Assembly (NCBI GenBank): GCA_945885645.1
Contig: CAMCYV010000002.1
Span: forward strand, 1-37,768
Reading direction: 5' to 3'
Source of the DNA: Bifidobacterium breve
Lineage (GTDB): Bacteria > Actinomycetota > Actinomycetes > S36-B12
Length of the DNA: 37,768 nucleotides
Position 1 is the first letter of the stretch, and each line of letters begins with the position of its first letter. A model generated the notes under the pieces. That model was given only the letters and a program-made list of their open reading frames with translations. It did no database searches and was not told the origin of the DNA. Shown here one piece after another: positions 8,303 to 17,402 of the stretch. The position numbers and the translations under genes were made by a program.

Positions 8303-8767
8303 TTAGAAGGGCCGGCCCGATTCAATCTCACGCTTGAGGGCCTTCAGAGATCTCTTTACTCCAGCGAGCAGTGGGAATTTGCCTATTGGCCAGCCGAGAG
8401 CCCCCAGAGCACCCAATGGCAACTCAAAATCCTCGCTCCAAATGAATCGTGCCGTATTTCCTGGCAGAGCGACAACCTCCATGGTGCCGGTCCCTTTTAC
8501 CAAGGTCCCCGTGTGGAGAACATCGACCCGGTAGGGCGGCTCCCACCGGGTAATTTCCATGGTGTCCCAGAAGCCCACCGGACCGGCTCCCGTCCAGCCA
8601 GCAATCACCGAACCCACACTTTTGCCATCACCTTTGCGGATTTCCACCCTGGTGCCTACCATCCAACGATCCTGCTGGGTCCACGCTGTGAAAGCATCGA
8701 AAACTTCTTGCACCGGTGCGTTTATCACGATGTCCAAGTCAAGTCGGCGAACACGTTTAGTGCTCAT
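8303..8767 (-). CDS. SRPBCC-superfamily (polyketide cyclase/dehydrase-like) protein
   Basis: 154 aa from the internal ATG (MSTKRVRRLDLDIVINAPVQEVFDAFTAWTQQDRWM...), a typical SRPBCC N-terminus. The longer track ORF would overlap the upstream gene. This start lies 13 nt after the upstream stop. Confidence 0.7.
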   Translation of the reverse strand: MSTKRVRRLDLDIVINAPVQEVFDAFTAWTQQDRWMVGTRVEIRKGDGKSVGSVIAGWTGAGPVGFWDTMEITRWEPPYRVDVLHTGTLVKGTGTMEVVALPGNTARFIWSEDFELPLGALGALGWPIGKFPLLAGVKRSLKALKREIESGRPF

Positions 8768-8780
8768 AGTTCTGTAGTTT

Positions 8781-9011
8781 TCATTGTGGTTTGCGGCTCG
8801 ATTCAAGTTCTGTAATCCGGCTTTCAAGCAGTGCGATTTTTTGATCAACCTCATCCATGCGATAGCCGCGAATCGTTACATCAAAGCCCTGTGAATTGGG
8901 TTTGTAGTCACCCGTGTTCTCAATTCCAAAGCTGGGGGTGAACCGACCGGTGATCAACACCGCCGCTCCTGCAATTACCAGGATCGCAAGGATCACGAAA
9001 AGGAATGTCAT
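8781..9011 (-). CDS. Small TM-anchored DivIVA-domain protein
   Basis: [22 protein letters not shown] (TM) is followed by FDVTIRGYRMDEVDQKIALLESRITELE, the DivIVA N-terminal RGY..EVD motif plus a coiled coil. ATG 9011..9009 overlaps the dapE TGA (ATGA). Confidence 0.6.
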   Translation of the reverse strand: MTFLFVILAILVIAGAAVLITGRFTPSFGIENTGDYKPNSQGFDVTIRGYRMDEVDQKIALLESRITELESSRKPQ

Positions 9012-10120
9012 GTGCCCAGTCCACCATGGATGGGTGAACTTTGCTCTGTTAGCCAACGTCGGAGGTTCGTCGCCACGCTGATCAACTCCTCCACATTCAC
9101 AAATTCCCCTTGGCTGTGAGCGATCGATGGGTCACCCGGTCCGTAATTGACCGCGGGTGTTCCCATCGCCGAGAAGCGGGCAACGTCGGTCCAACCAAAC
9201 TTCGGAGCGACCGTGGCTCCCGTTGCAGCGAGAAACGCTTGTGCAGCAGGGTGCGATAGGCCGGGCAGGGCACCCGGAGCTTGGTCGGTAATGTCAACGT
9301 CAAAGCCTGCAAAGATTTCCTTTACATGCGCTACCGCCTCATTCACTGACTTGTCAGGAGCGAAACGGTAATTCACCGTGACACAGCAAAGATCGGGGAT
9401 CACATTTCCCGCTATGCCACCGCTTATCGCGACAGCGTTTAAACCTTCACGGAATGTGAGGCCATCAATGACGGGGTTGGCAGGTTCGTAGTTCTCCAAT
9501 ATCTCTAAGATTTCACGCGCTTGGTGGATTGCATTTTTGCCCATCCAGCTTCGCGCGCTGTGTGCCCGTTCGCCACGAGTGGTGATGCTGGCTCTAATTG
9601 TCCCCTGACAACCTGCTTCAATGTTGGCGTTGCTGGGCTCCATGAGGACCGCGAAATCGGCTTCTAAAAACTTTGGGGCGGTCTGCGATATTTTCTGGAG
9701 ACCATTGAACTCTGAACTGACTTCTTCGGATTCATAGAATATAAAAGTCAGGTCGCGCACAGGGTCGGTGACAGTGGCCGCAAGGTGCAAAGCAATTGCA
9801 ACCCCACCTTTCATGTCAGCCGCACCTAAACCATAAATCCGCTCTGACTCAACGCGGTGAGGGAGATTTCCATTGGCCGGGACGGTATCCAGATGGCCAG
9901 CGAGAACAATTCGATCACCCCGGTCAGCATGATTGGTGGCAATCACCGAGTTACCAATTCGAGTAACTGATAAGTGTGAGTATGCACGCAAGGCCTGCTC
10001 AACCAGATTCGCAATCTGTTCCTCGTCATGCGATTCGCTGGGAATGTCAATCAGGGCCGCGGTGAGAACGGGCAGTTCAACACTCAAAGACAATGGTTCC
10101 AACTGCCTCGTGATGCTCAC
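9008..10120 (-). CDS. dapE: Succinyl-diaminopimelate desuccinylase (M20 peptidase family)
   Basis: Contains [29 protein letters not shown] and [10 protein letters not shown]. It is divergent from dapD, as in mycobacteria. The track ORF to 10369 would overlap dapD. GTG 10120 gives a 370-aa protein with TACCGT 6 nt upstream. TTG 10102 is an alternative start. Confidence 0.9.
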   Translation of the reverse strand: MSITRQLEPLSLSVELPVLTAALIDIPSESHDEEQIANLVEQALRAYSHLSVTRIGNSVIATNHADRGDRIVLAGHLDTVPANGNLPHRVESERIYGLGAADMKGGVAIALHLAATVTDPVRDLTFIFYESEEVSSEFNGLQKISQTAPKFLEADFAVLMEPSNANIEAGCQGTIRASITTRGERAHSARSWMGKNAIHQAREILEILENYEPANPVIDGLTFREGLNAVAISGGIAGNVIPDLCCVTVNYRFAPDKSVNEAVAHVKEIFAGFDVDITDQAPGALPGLSHPAAQAFLAATGATVAPKFGWTDVARFSAMGTPAVNYGPGDPSIAHSQGEFVNVEELISVATNLRRWLTEQSSPIHGGLGT

Positions 10121-10140
10121 GCCACTACGGTAGTGCCGTG
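10118..10140. promoter_or_regulatory. Bidirectional dapE/dapD leaderless promoter: 23-bp quasi-palindrome containing both GTG start codons and overlapping -10 boxes (TACGGT on + / TACCGT on -)
   Basis: CACgccacTACGGTAgtgccGTG. The + strand has TACGGT-N6-GTG (dapD 10138). The - strand has TACCGT-N6-GTG (dapE 10120). Confidence 0.55.
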
Positions 10141-11064
10141 AGCGAAAATCTGTTGAATGGACCTGCAAGTGGACTCGGATTAGCAACGTACAGCGATAAC
10201 ACGCTGCTGGACGTCTGGTACCCAAACCCCGCATTGGGGTCCTCTCCGCCCGATGTGCCCGGACTCGATGCCGGTGCTGTCCACGACGAGTTGCGAGGTG
10301 TAACCGTTCGCGGAATACGCACGCAGATTTCGAACCTTTCCGAACCCCCGGCTGACGGCGCCGACGCATACTTGCGCCTTCACCTACTTTCGCACCGATT
10401 GGTGGCCCCGCGTTCGATCAACATGGAAGGTATTTTTGGCAAACTTGAGCTTGTAGCATGGACAAATCTCGGACCGATCCCCGTCGATCGGGTGGGTGAA
10501 GTACGACTTCGTTCCCGCGCCCGCGGTGACCAGTTAACAATCTTCGGGTTGGATCGCTTTCCACGCATGGTGGATTACGTCACTCCCAGTGACGTCCGGA
10601 TTGCCGACGCCGATCGGGTCCGGCTCGGCGCCCACCTTGCCCCGGGAACAGTAGTTATGCACGAAGGCTTTGTGAATTTCAACGCAGGAACGCTGGGCAC
10701 CTCAATGGTGGAAGGTCGCATTTCCGCTGGAGTGATCGTGGGCGCAGGCTCCGATATTGGCGGTGGCGCATCCATTATGGGGACCCTCTCCGGCGGTGGC
10801 AAAGAAGTGGTTTCCGTAGGCAGCGAATGCCTGATCGGTGCAAATGCAGGAATTGGGATTTCACTTGGTGACCGCTGTGTTGTTGAGGCGGGTCTCTACG
10901 TAACCGCCGGAAGCAAGGTGCTTTTGCCTGATGGCGAGGTTGTTAAAGCCGGTGCACTCTCGGGCGCACATGACCTACTGTTTCGAAGGAACTCCGTCAC
11001 CGGGGGAATCGAAGCCGTGAACCGTACCGGTTCATGGGGTGGACTTAACGCTGCCTTGCACTAA
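10138..11064 (+). CDS. dapD: 2,3,4,5-tetrahydropyridine-2,6-dicarboxylate N-succinyltransferase
   Basis: 308 aa. [63 protein letters not shown] and [14 protein letters not shown] closely match actinobacterial DapD (hexapeptide repeats). Confidence 0.92.
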   Translation: MSENLLNGPASGLGLATYSDNTLLDVWYPNPALGSSPPDVPGLDAGAVHDELRGVTVRGIRTQISNLSEPPADGADAYLRLHLLSHRLVAPRSINMEGIFGKLELVAWTNLGPIPVDRVGEVRLRSRARGDQLTIFGLDRFPRMVDYVTPSDVRIADADRVRLGAHLAPGTVVMHEGFVNFNAGTLGTSMVEGRISAGVIVGAGSDIGGGASIMGTLSGGGKEVVSVGSECLIGANAGIGISLGDRCVVEAGLYVTAGSKVLLPDGEVVKAGALSGAHDLLFRRNSVTGGIEAVNRTGSWGGLNAALH

Positions 11065-11089
11065 AACACTTACTTCGACTTACCCTGAC

Positions 11090-12364
11090 TTATCTCGACG
11101 GGTAGTTGCGCTCTGTTGCCCCGATGTAGACCTGTCGAGGCCGGCCAATCTTGGTGGCTGGATCTTCGATCATCTCTCGCCATTGAGCGATCCAGCCCGG
11201 CAAGCGACCGAGAGCAAACAGCACGGTGAACATCCGGGTTGGGAATCCCATAGCTTTGTAAATCAACCCGGTGTAGAAGTCAACATTGGGATACAACTTG
11301 CGCTCGATGAAGTAAGGATCAACAAGTGCGACAGCCTCAAGTTGCAAAGCAATGTCCAATAGTGGGTCATTCACGTTGAGCGCTTCAAGAACTTCATAGG
11401 CTGTCTTTTTAACAATTGCAGCGCGTGGATCGTAGTTCTTATAAACGCGGTGACCAAAGCCCATGAGTTTCACACCGTCTTGACGAGATTTGACCTTCGC
11501 TATGAAAGCATCGACACCTTCGCCAGACGCATGAATCTGACCGAGCATTTCCAGAACAGCTTGATTAGCGCCACCGTGTAGCGGACCAAAAAGTGCCATG
11601 ATGCCGGCAGAGACGCTTGCAAAAAGGTTGGCATGTGACGAACCAACAAGTCGCACGGTTGATGTTGAGCAGTTCTGCTCGTGGTCACCATGCAAAATAA
11701 ATAGTTGGTCCAGCGCGCGCACAACGACCGGATTCGCGACGTATTCCTCAGCCGGAACTCCAAATGTCATGCGGAGGAAGTTTTCAACAAACCCCAGCGA
11801 ATTATCTGGATAGAGGTAGGGCTGCCCGATAGATTTCTTGTAAGCGTAGGCAGCAATTGTGGGCATCTTGGCCAGGAGTCGAATCGTCGAAATCTCGACC
11901 TGCTCCTTATCAAATGGATCCAGCGAATCCTGATAGAAGGTGGACAGTGCCGAGACCGCCGAAGACAGAACGGGCATCGGGTGGGCATCACGAGGGAATC
12001 CGTCAAAAAATCGACGTAAGTCTTCGTGCAACATGGTGTGCTGATTGATTACGAACTCGAATTCGCGCAACTGATCGGGTGTTGGCAACTCACCGTAGAT
12101 CAGCAGATAAGAAGTCTCGGAAAATGTTGATTTTTCTGCAAGCTGCTCGATCGGGTAGCCGCGGTACCGAAGGATTCCTTCGTCGCCATTGATGAAAGTT
12201 ACGGCTGAGGTGCAAGCGGCAGTGTTGACAAAACCTGGATCCAGGGTCACGTTCCCCGTGGTTTTCAGTAAGTCATATATGCCTAAGCCATTCTCGCCTT
12301 CAGTGGATTCGACGGTGGGTAGGTCAAGGACACCGCCCGGAAAATTGAGTACGTTGTCAGTCAC
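11090..12364 (-). CDS. gltA: Citrate synthase (type II)
   Basis: 424 aa. Contains GILRYRGYPIEQLAEKSTF, LFILHGDHEQNCSTSTVR, GPLHGGANQAV and GFGHRVYKNYDPRA. The start codon is GTG. Confidence 0.95.
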   Translation of the reverse strand: MTDNVLNFPGGVLDLPTVESTEGENGLGIYDLLKTTGNVTLDPGFVNTAACTSAVTFINGDEGILRYRGYPIEQLAEKSTFSETSYLLIYGELPTPDQLREFEFVINQHTMLHEDLRRFFDGFPRDAHPMPVLSSAVSALSTFYQDSLDPFDKEQVEISTIRLLAKMPTIAAYAYKKSIGQPYLYPDNSLGFVENFLRMTFGVPAEEYVANPVVVRALDQLFILHGDHEQNCSTSTVRLVGSSHANLFASVSAGIMALFGPLHGGANQAVLEMLGQIHASGEGVDAFIAKVKSRQDGVKLMGFGHRVYKNYDPRAAIVKKTAYEVLEALNVNDPLLDIALQLEAVALVDPYFIERKLYPNVDFYTGLIYKAMGFPTRMFTVLFALGRLPGWIAQWREMIEDPATKIGRPRQVYIGATERNYPSR

Positions 12365-12370
12365 ATGCGC

Positions 12371-12376
12371 AGAGTA
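12371..12376 (-). promoter_or_regulatory. -10 hexamer TACTCT, 6 nt upstream of gltA GTG
   Basis: The minus strand reads ggcagTACTCTgcgcatGTG. There is no Shine-Dalgarno. Confidence 0.55.
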
Positions 12377-12405
12377 CTGCCCTCATGGTTGCCATGAAAA
12401 TCCAC

Positions 12406-13503
12406 CTAGGCAAAATTGAGAAGTCGGGCAACCGCGCTGTCGACGGCTTCGTCCGTTGCCGTTAACGCAACCCGAACGAATTTTTGGCCCTGGTGCCCGT
12501 AGAAGGCGCCCGGAGTCACCAGGATCCCCTTGGCGGCGAGCTGAGAGACGCTCTCCCAGCAGTCCTTGTCTTGGGTCACCCACAAATACAAACCGGCCTC
12601 ACTGTGGCGAATGTCAAACCCTGCGTGGGTTAACGCGCTGCGAAGCGCAGCCCTTCGGGAGTCGTACCTCGCCTTTTGCTCCCGAACGTGTTCGACATCC
12701 TGGTAGGCCGCGATAGCCGCATATTGCACAAACGTGGGAACCATCATGCCTAAGTGCTTGCGAATTCCCAGAATTCTATTGACTAATTCTGGGTCACCCG
12801 CCAACATTCCCGATCGATAACCAGCCATATTGGACCGTTTCGACAGTGAGTGCACTGCGAGCAATCCGGTCAGATTTCCACCGTGTACTCGCTGGTCCAA
12901 AATGGATACCGGCTCGGCATCCCAGCCCAGTTCGAAGTAGCACTCATCACTCACGATCACGACACCGTGGGCTTGACCCCATCGGACGATCACTTGAAGT
13001 CGCTCCAAACTCAACACTTCACCCGTTGGGTTTGACGGAGAATTGAGCCACACCATGGACACTGCTTCGGTCAACAGTTCCGGAGAGTCGGTCGCGATCA
13101 CCTCGCAGCCAGCAGCGATTCCGCCCACCAGATAGGTCGGGTAGGCGATCTCGGGAATAAGGACAACCTCGCCAACACCCAAGCCGAGCAGATTAGGCAG
13201 TGTTGCGACGAGTTCCTTTGAACCAATGGTTGGGAGCACGGCAATATTCTCGGGAGCCCCCAAGTTCCCAACCGCCCAATTAATGAAGGCTGTCGATAGT
13301 TGCGGGATCCCCGCGGTCGTCGGGTATCCCGGTGCATTTGATGCCGCCGCGAGCGCCTGCTGAATGACTAGCGGTGTTGGATCCACCGGAGTGCCCACAG
13401 AAAGGTCAATAATGCCGTCGGGGTGGGACCGAGCAGTTTCCGCGAATGGTGCGAGGGTGTCCCACGGGAAGTCCGGTAGTTGGGACCAACGATCCGAATT
13501 CAC
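12406..13503 (-). CDS. dapC: Succinyldiaminopimelate transaminase (class I/II aminotransferase)
   Basis: 365 aa. The N-terminus LPDFPWDTLAPFAETARSHPDGIIDLSVGTPVDPTP and the PLP lysine context SLSKRSNMAGYR are present. It lies immediately downstream of the ferredoxin gene, as in other actinobacteria. A GGAG Shine-Dalgarno lies 9 nt before the GTG. Confidence 0.85.
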   Translation of the reverse strand: MNSDRWSQLPDFPWDTLAPFAETARSHPDGIIDLSVGTPVDPTPLVIQQALAAASNAPGYPTTAGIPQLSTAFINWAVGNLGAPENIAVLPTIGSKELVATLPNLLGLGVGEVVLIPEIAYPTYLVGGIAAGCEVIATDSPELLTEAVSMVWLNSPSNPTGEVLSLERLQVIVRWGQAHGVVIVSDECYFELGWDAEPVSILDQRVHGGNLTGLLAVHSLSKRSNMAGYRSGMLAGDPELVNRILGIRKHLGMMVPTFVQYAAIAAYQDVEHVREQKARYDSRRAALRSALTHAGFDIRHSEAGLYLWVTQDKDCWESVSQLAAKGILVTPGAFYGHQGQKFVRVALTATDEAVDSAVARLLNFA

Positions 13504-13540
13504 AATATTGCGCTCCGATTAAATCTTGTTCGTCACACTG

Positions 13541-13867
13541 TTATTCGTCGTGAATTTGGGTTTCGATACCGGCAAGCAGGGGGGCATCAAATGCCTGCGC
13601 ACCGAGTTTTGCAGCTCCACCGGGTGAACCCAATTCAACAAAAAAGTCCACATTGGCTGCGGTGAACGCCTTGTGCTCCTCGGGGACGTCGTCTTCGTAG
13701 TAAATGGCCTCAACGGGGCATACCGGCTCACAGGCACCGCAGTCAACACATTCGTCTGGCTGGATGTACAGCATGCGGTCGCCTTCATAGATGCAATCCA
13801 CCGGACACTCTTCAATACAAGACCGGTCTTTGAGGTCTACACAGGGAAGGGTGATGACGTAGGTCAC
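13541..13867 (-). CDS. fdxA: 7Fe ferredoxin (3Fe-4S + 4Fe-4S)
   Basis: (GTG)TYVITLPCVDLKDRSCIEECPVDCIYEG...CVDCGACEPVCPVEAI carries the canonical FdxA cysteine motifs. A GGAG Shine-Dalgarno lies 5 nt upstream of GTG 13867. Confidence 0.9.
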   Translation of the reverse strand: MTYVITLPCVDLKDRSCIEECPVDCIYEGDRMLYIQPDECVDCGACEPVCPVEAIYYEDDVPEEHKAFTAANVDFFVELGSPGGAAKLGAQAFDAPLLAGIETQIHDE

Positions 13868-13999
13868 GTTCGCTCCAAAAAGTAGGGCGCACATTACATT
13901 GCGATCAATGCGCCGGGTTAGCTAAGGAAGTTGTGCGGTCTCAACTTACCGCCTACCGCCCCGGTTCGCACCTAGCGTCCCGAAAACCTCGTCAGCGTC

Positions 14000-14005
14000 T
14001 AGGCT
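14000..14005 (+). promoter_or_regulatory. -10 hexamer TAGGCT, 6 nt upstream of cysS GTG
   Basis: The sequence reads agcgtcTAGGCTcaagggGTG. Confidence 0.55.
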
Positions 14006-14011
14006 CAAGGG

Positions 14012-15466
14012 GTGCAGATCTACAACACGATGACCCGGGAAATTGATTCCGTTGAAACAAACCACCCCGAACTTGCGCGCATTTATGCCTGCGGACCGAC
14101 TGTGTACCGGGACGCGCACGTGGGAAATATGCGCACTTTTCTGGTGACGGACTTGATCGCCCGGACCCTGCGGTATGAAGGCTATCGCACAATTGTTGTT
14201 CAAAACATCACCGATGTTGGTCACATGGCGGATGACACGGGCTTAGGAGATGGCGATGAGTCACTTCCCGGTTCACAGGACAAAATGCTCGCCGAGTCTG
14301 AAAAAACGGGGAGATCGGCACTCGACATTGCCCAGCACTTTGAACGTGCATTTCACCAGGACCTTGCCCGCCTCAATATTTATCCGGCGGATCACTACCC
14401 CAAAGCGAGTGAATCGATTGAATCAATGCTCACCTTGATTCAAAAATTGATTGATAGCGGAAACGCTTATGTAGGAAGCGATAACTCGGTCTATTTTTCC
14501 GCAGAATCATTTCCCAGTTATGGAGCTCTGAGCGGAAACAGACTCGATGCGCTTCGTCCCGGCCATAGATTTGACGCCGAGGAGAACGAATCAGCCAAGA
14601 GATTTCATGCGGATTGGGCCCTGTGGAAGTCGGCGGGTGAGAATCGGACCCAGCTCACTTGGGAAACTCCTTGGGGGCGTGGGTTTCCTGGCTGGCACAC
14701 CGAGTGCAGCGCGATGAGTTTGGATTTACTCGGTGAAAATATTGACATTCATACGGGTGGCATTGATCTCCGATTCCCCCACCACGAGGACGAGCGAGCG
14801 CAGAGTAATTCAGCGACTTCCAGTGACGGGAAATTAGGTGATCACGAAGTGGTCCGGCATTGGGTACATGCTGAACATCTACTTTTTGAAAACCGGAAAA
14901 TGAGTAAGTCCTCAGGCAACGTCGTTCTGGTCCAAGACGTTATTGATCGCGGTTACGACCCACTCGCACTTCGCTTAGCATTCATGCAACACAAATATCG
15001 CAGCCAGATGAATCTTACTTGGGATGTAATCGAGTCTTCCCAAGAACTCCTCGACCGCTGGCGCCACAAAGTAAATATCTGGTCCCAAAGCAATTCACAG
15101 GCAATGGATCAAACCCTCGTCGATGAAATCTCTGGGTATTTTTCGCAGGACCTCAACACCCCCCTAGCTGTAAATGCTTTGCGAAACATAGAAAAAAACA
15201 GCGATATCAGTGACGGGGCTAAGTTCGAGATATTTGCCCACCTTGATTCACTTTTTGGGTTGGACCTTGCTCGTGATGTAGGTAAGGATCTCAACTCAAC
15301 CGTGCAAATACCCACAGAAGTTTCAGAACTTCTAGATCAACGCAATGCGGCTAGAAGCGCAAAAAATTGGGCGTTGAGTGACGAACTACGTGATCGAATT
15401 GCGGGTTGCGGATTCACCGTCGTGGACACCAGTGACGGTGCGCACCTAGAACCGATTAAGACTTAG
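14012..15466 (+). CDS. cysS: Cysteine--tRNA ligase (class I aaRS; HVGN variant of the HIGH motif)
   Basis: 484 aa. Contains MQIYNTMTREI, YACGPTVYRDAHVGNMRTF, NITDVGHM, GFPGWHTECSAM, HTGGIDLRFPHHEDE and KMSKSSGN, followed by a roughly 150-aa C-terminal extension consistent with an anticodon-binding domain. GTG start. Confidence 0.85.
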   Translation: MQIYNTMTREIDSVETNHPELARIYACGPTVYRDAHVGNMRTFLVTDLIARTLRYEGYRTIVVQNITDVGHMADDTGLGDGDESLPGSQDKMLAESEKTGRSALDIAQHFERAFHQDLARLNIYPADHYPKASESIESMLTLIQKLIDSGNAYVGSDNSVYFSAESFPSYGALSGNRLDALRPGHRFDAEENESAKRFHADWALWKSAGENRTQLTWETPWGRGFPGWHTECSAMSLDLLGENIDIHTGGIDLRFPHHEDERAQSNSATSSDGKLGDHEVVRHWVHAEHLLFENRKMSKSSGNVVLVQDVIDRGYDPLALRLAFMQHKYRSQMNLTWDVIESSQELLDRWRHKVNIWSQSNSQAMDQTLVDEISGYFSQDLNTPLAVNALRNIEKNSDISDGAKFEIFAHLDSLFGLDLARDVGKDLNSTVQIPTEVSELLDQRNAARSAKNWALSDELRDRIAGCGFTVVDTSDGAHLEPIKT

Positions 15467-17268
15467 TTCGTCAACAGTTCAGGCTTAGCACTGGCCGAAG
15501 GACTTTGCGAGGGTGCGGGGCTAGGAACCAAGTTGTCAAACTCTGAGCCGCCTGGATCAAGGTCTTCCAACTTAGGCTTTTTCTTGCACACAATGTTTGG
15601 ACCCGCGTTGTAGATCGTTGTCATGGGCTCGCGGATTACCTCGACGCCATCCTTGACAAAAACGCGATCCACCGTGATGGTGAAGCCTTCAATGCCCGCC
15701 TGAGGTACGCACTTCTTAGTGGTCACCACAATCTTTTTGGGTTGCTTGATATTTATCCGCTCACCAAAGTCAGCTTCAATTGAGTCGTATTGGCGTGTCC
15801 CCCAAAAAGTAACCTTCATCGAACTGTTTGTCATTTTTGTTTTTATGAGAACGGCAGTCGGTGAGGTATTAGTGAATTTCATATCAAAAATTCCCCAAGC
15901 AACCGTCGCTTCAAGTCCGGGCTGGTAACGGGAGATATACAGTGAATGGGCCCTAGTGTCTGTGCGTTCCATTCCAGCAAAAAACGCGGCCGTCCACATC
16001 GCGGTTGTCGCCGCTGAAACACCGCCACCGAGAGCATCTTCAAAAACACCACCTGGACCAATGACCGTTCCCACGGTATATCCGTTTTTGACCGTACGTT
16101 CTTTAATGGTGTCATTCATTGAAAAAGTCTCGCCGGGCATCAGGATCGTGTCATCTATGTACTTGGCAGCCTGCCCAATATTGGTAACCCGATACGGGGC
16201 GTAAGGAAAGTTCTGGGTAAAGCTGGAAAGTTTGTCATTGATACCTAATTGCTGCGCCGCGGCTGTTGTCAGCTCGGGCTCGCGGGTTCCCAACGGGACA
16301 GAAACGGTGCGATCATTACCCTGCTTCGATAAAACTCCCAGCACGGCGGTGGCCAGTTCACTATCTGAGACCCCGCTACCCACGATCGAAGGAACGACTA
16401 CTGGACTTCCGTCGACAATTTTAAAGCTTGCATCACGACCAGGTGTTCCCACACGCTTGAGTGCATTGGCAATCGGTGCGTGAAGGATCGCTCCGTCAAG
16501 TTCGGGTGACAGCTGATTCCCTTGGGCGGTAAATGACAATGCTTGTGCAATGGCGTCCGCGGGTATGGTCGCCGTGATCTCACCAACAGAGACTGTGACT
16601 GGGCTAGCAACTGCCTGCTGCGCAAGCTCTTCCGCTTGTGAAGCATCAGAGGCGGACACACTCGGTGGTGTTACTTCCAGCGGCGCTTCAATAGTGGAAC
16701 GGGTTTGGGTAGCCATCGAAACAATCTGATTTTTCAACGCTTCTCGGTCAACCTCAAGACCGTCGCGTCCCTGGGTCAAGGTGACGCCACTATTTGATAC
16801 CGCAAGTTGAGGTTCGACTGGATTGAGGTTAACTACATCGGCGATGGAAGCAACTGAATCCTCAAGAGCGTCTTGGTCAACCGCGATCACCGGTTCAATC
16901 TCACGAGATCCGAATAAGTCAACAATCATCTGGAAGGGGTTGAAACCGGTAGATGTTGCCTGGTCCACGGTTGCTTGCGCATCAAGAGTTATTCCAGCTG
17001 CCCGGGGACGCAATTCAAAAACTTGATCCCCGGCTGAAATCTCGAGTTTGCGGTTAACTTTCGTCGAAACAGAATCCTCAAGAACACCCATTGCTTCATC
17101 AGGGCTCATTCCACCGATGTCCACCCCTGAAACAGTCGTTCCGGGCCGCACGGTGCCATTGGTTGCAACGAAAATACCGAGAGAAACTGCAATAACAGCC
17201 ACTATTCCAGCACCGATCAAAATGGGTGTGCGCCGCGAAGTTCGAGGTGTTGGTGCCTGCTCACTCAC
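15463..17268 (-). CDS. VanW-family protein with N-terminal TM anchor and C-terminal G5-like domain plus a Pro/Ser tail
   Basis: VanW core: ILMPGETFSMNDTIKERTVKNGYTVGTVIG...GGGVSAATTAMWTAAFFAGMERTDTRAHS.YISRY.PGLEATV. I prefer GTG 17268 because GGAGA lies 6 nt upstream of it, rather than the TTG at 17283 used by the track. Confidence 0.8.
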   Translation of the reverse strand: MSEQAPTPRTSRRTPILIGAGIVAVIAVSLGIFVATNGTVRPGTTVSGVDIGGMSPDEAMGVLEDSVSTKVNRKLEISAGDQVFELRPRAAGITLDAQATVDQATSTGFNPFQMIVDLFGSREIEPVIAVDQDALEDSVASIADVVNLNPVEPQLAVSNSGVTLTQGRDGLEVDREALKNQIVSMATQTRSTIEAPLEVTPPSVSASDASQAEELAQQAVASPVTVSVGEITATIPADAIAQALSFTAQGNQLSPELDGAILHAPIANALKRVGTPGRDASFKIVDGSPVVVPSIVGSGVSDSELATAVLGVLSKQGNDRTVSVPLGTREPELTTAAAQQLGINDKLSSFTQNFPYAPYRVTNIGQAAKYIDDTILMPGETFSMNDTIKERTVKNGYTVGTVIGPGGVFEDALGGGVSAATTAMWTAAFFAGMERTDTRAHSLYISRYQPGLEATVAWGIFDMKFTNTSPTAVLIKTKMTNSSMKVTFWGTRQYDSIEADFGERINIKQPKKIVVTTKKCVPQAGIEGFTITVDRVFVKDGVEVIREPMTTIYNAGPNIVCKKKPKLEDLDPGGSEFDNLVPSPAPSQSPSASAKPELLTN

Positions 17269-17402
17269 GACTATTCTCCACAACCTTCAGTTTCACAATA
17301 TTTGTTTGGGTCCAATATTCCCCTTGGCAAGGTGTCTATGGTAAGCACCCCCACCAGCTCAGTGCTCACGCGACATGCACACAGCTGGATCTGGGATATT
17401 TC

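Noticed and set aside
9008-10369. Long N-terminal extensions suggested by the ORF track (dapE to 10369, MgtE_N/CBS from 2497, fdxA to 13894, SRPBCC to 8854, DUF3117 to 8187, OMT from 7247, glpX from 30062)
   Set aside because: The extensions overlap neighbouring genes or consist of Arg-rich nonsense. Homology-consistent N-termini, with either a Shine-Dalgarno or a TAnnnT-N6 box, are found at the internal starts I report.
12683-12694. LexA/SOS-box-like palindrome CGAAC-GT-GTTCG
   Set aside because: The spacer is 2 nt instead of the 4 nt of the actinobacterial TCGAAC-N4-GTTCGA box. The palindrome also lies in the middle of the dapC coding sequence.
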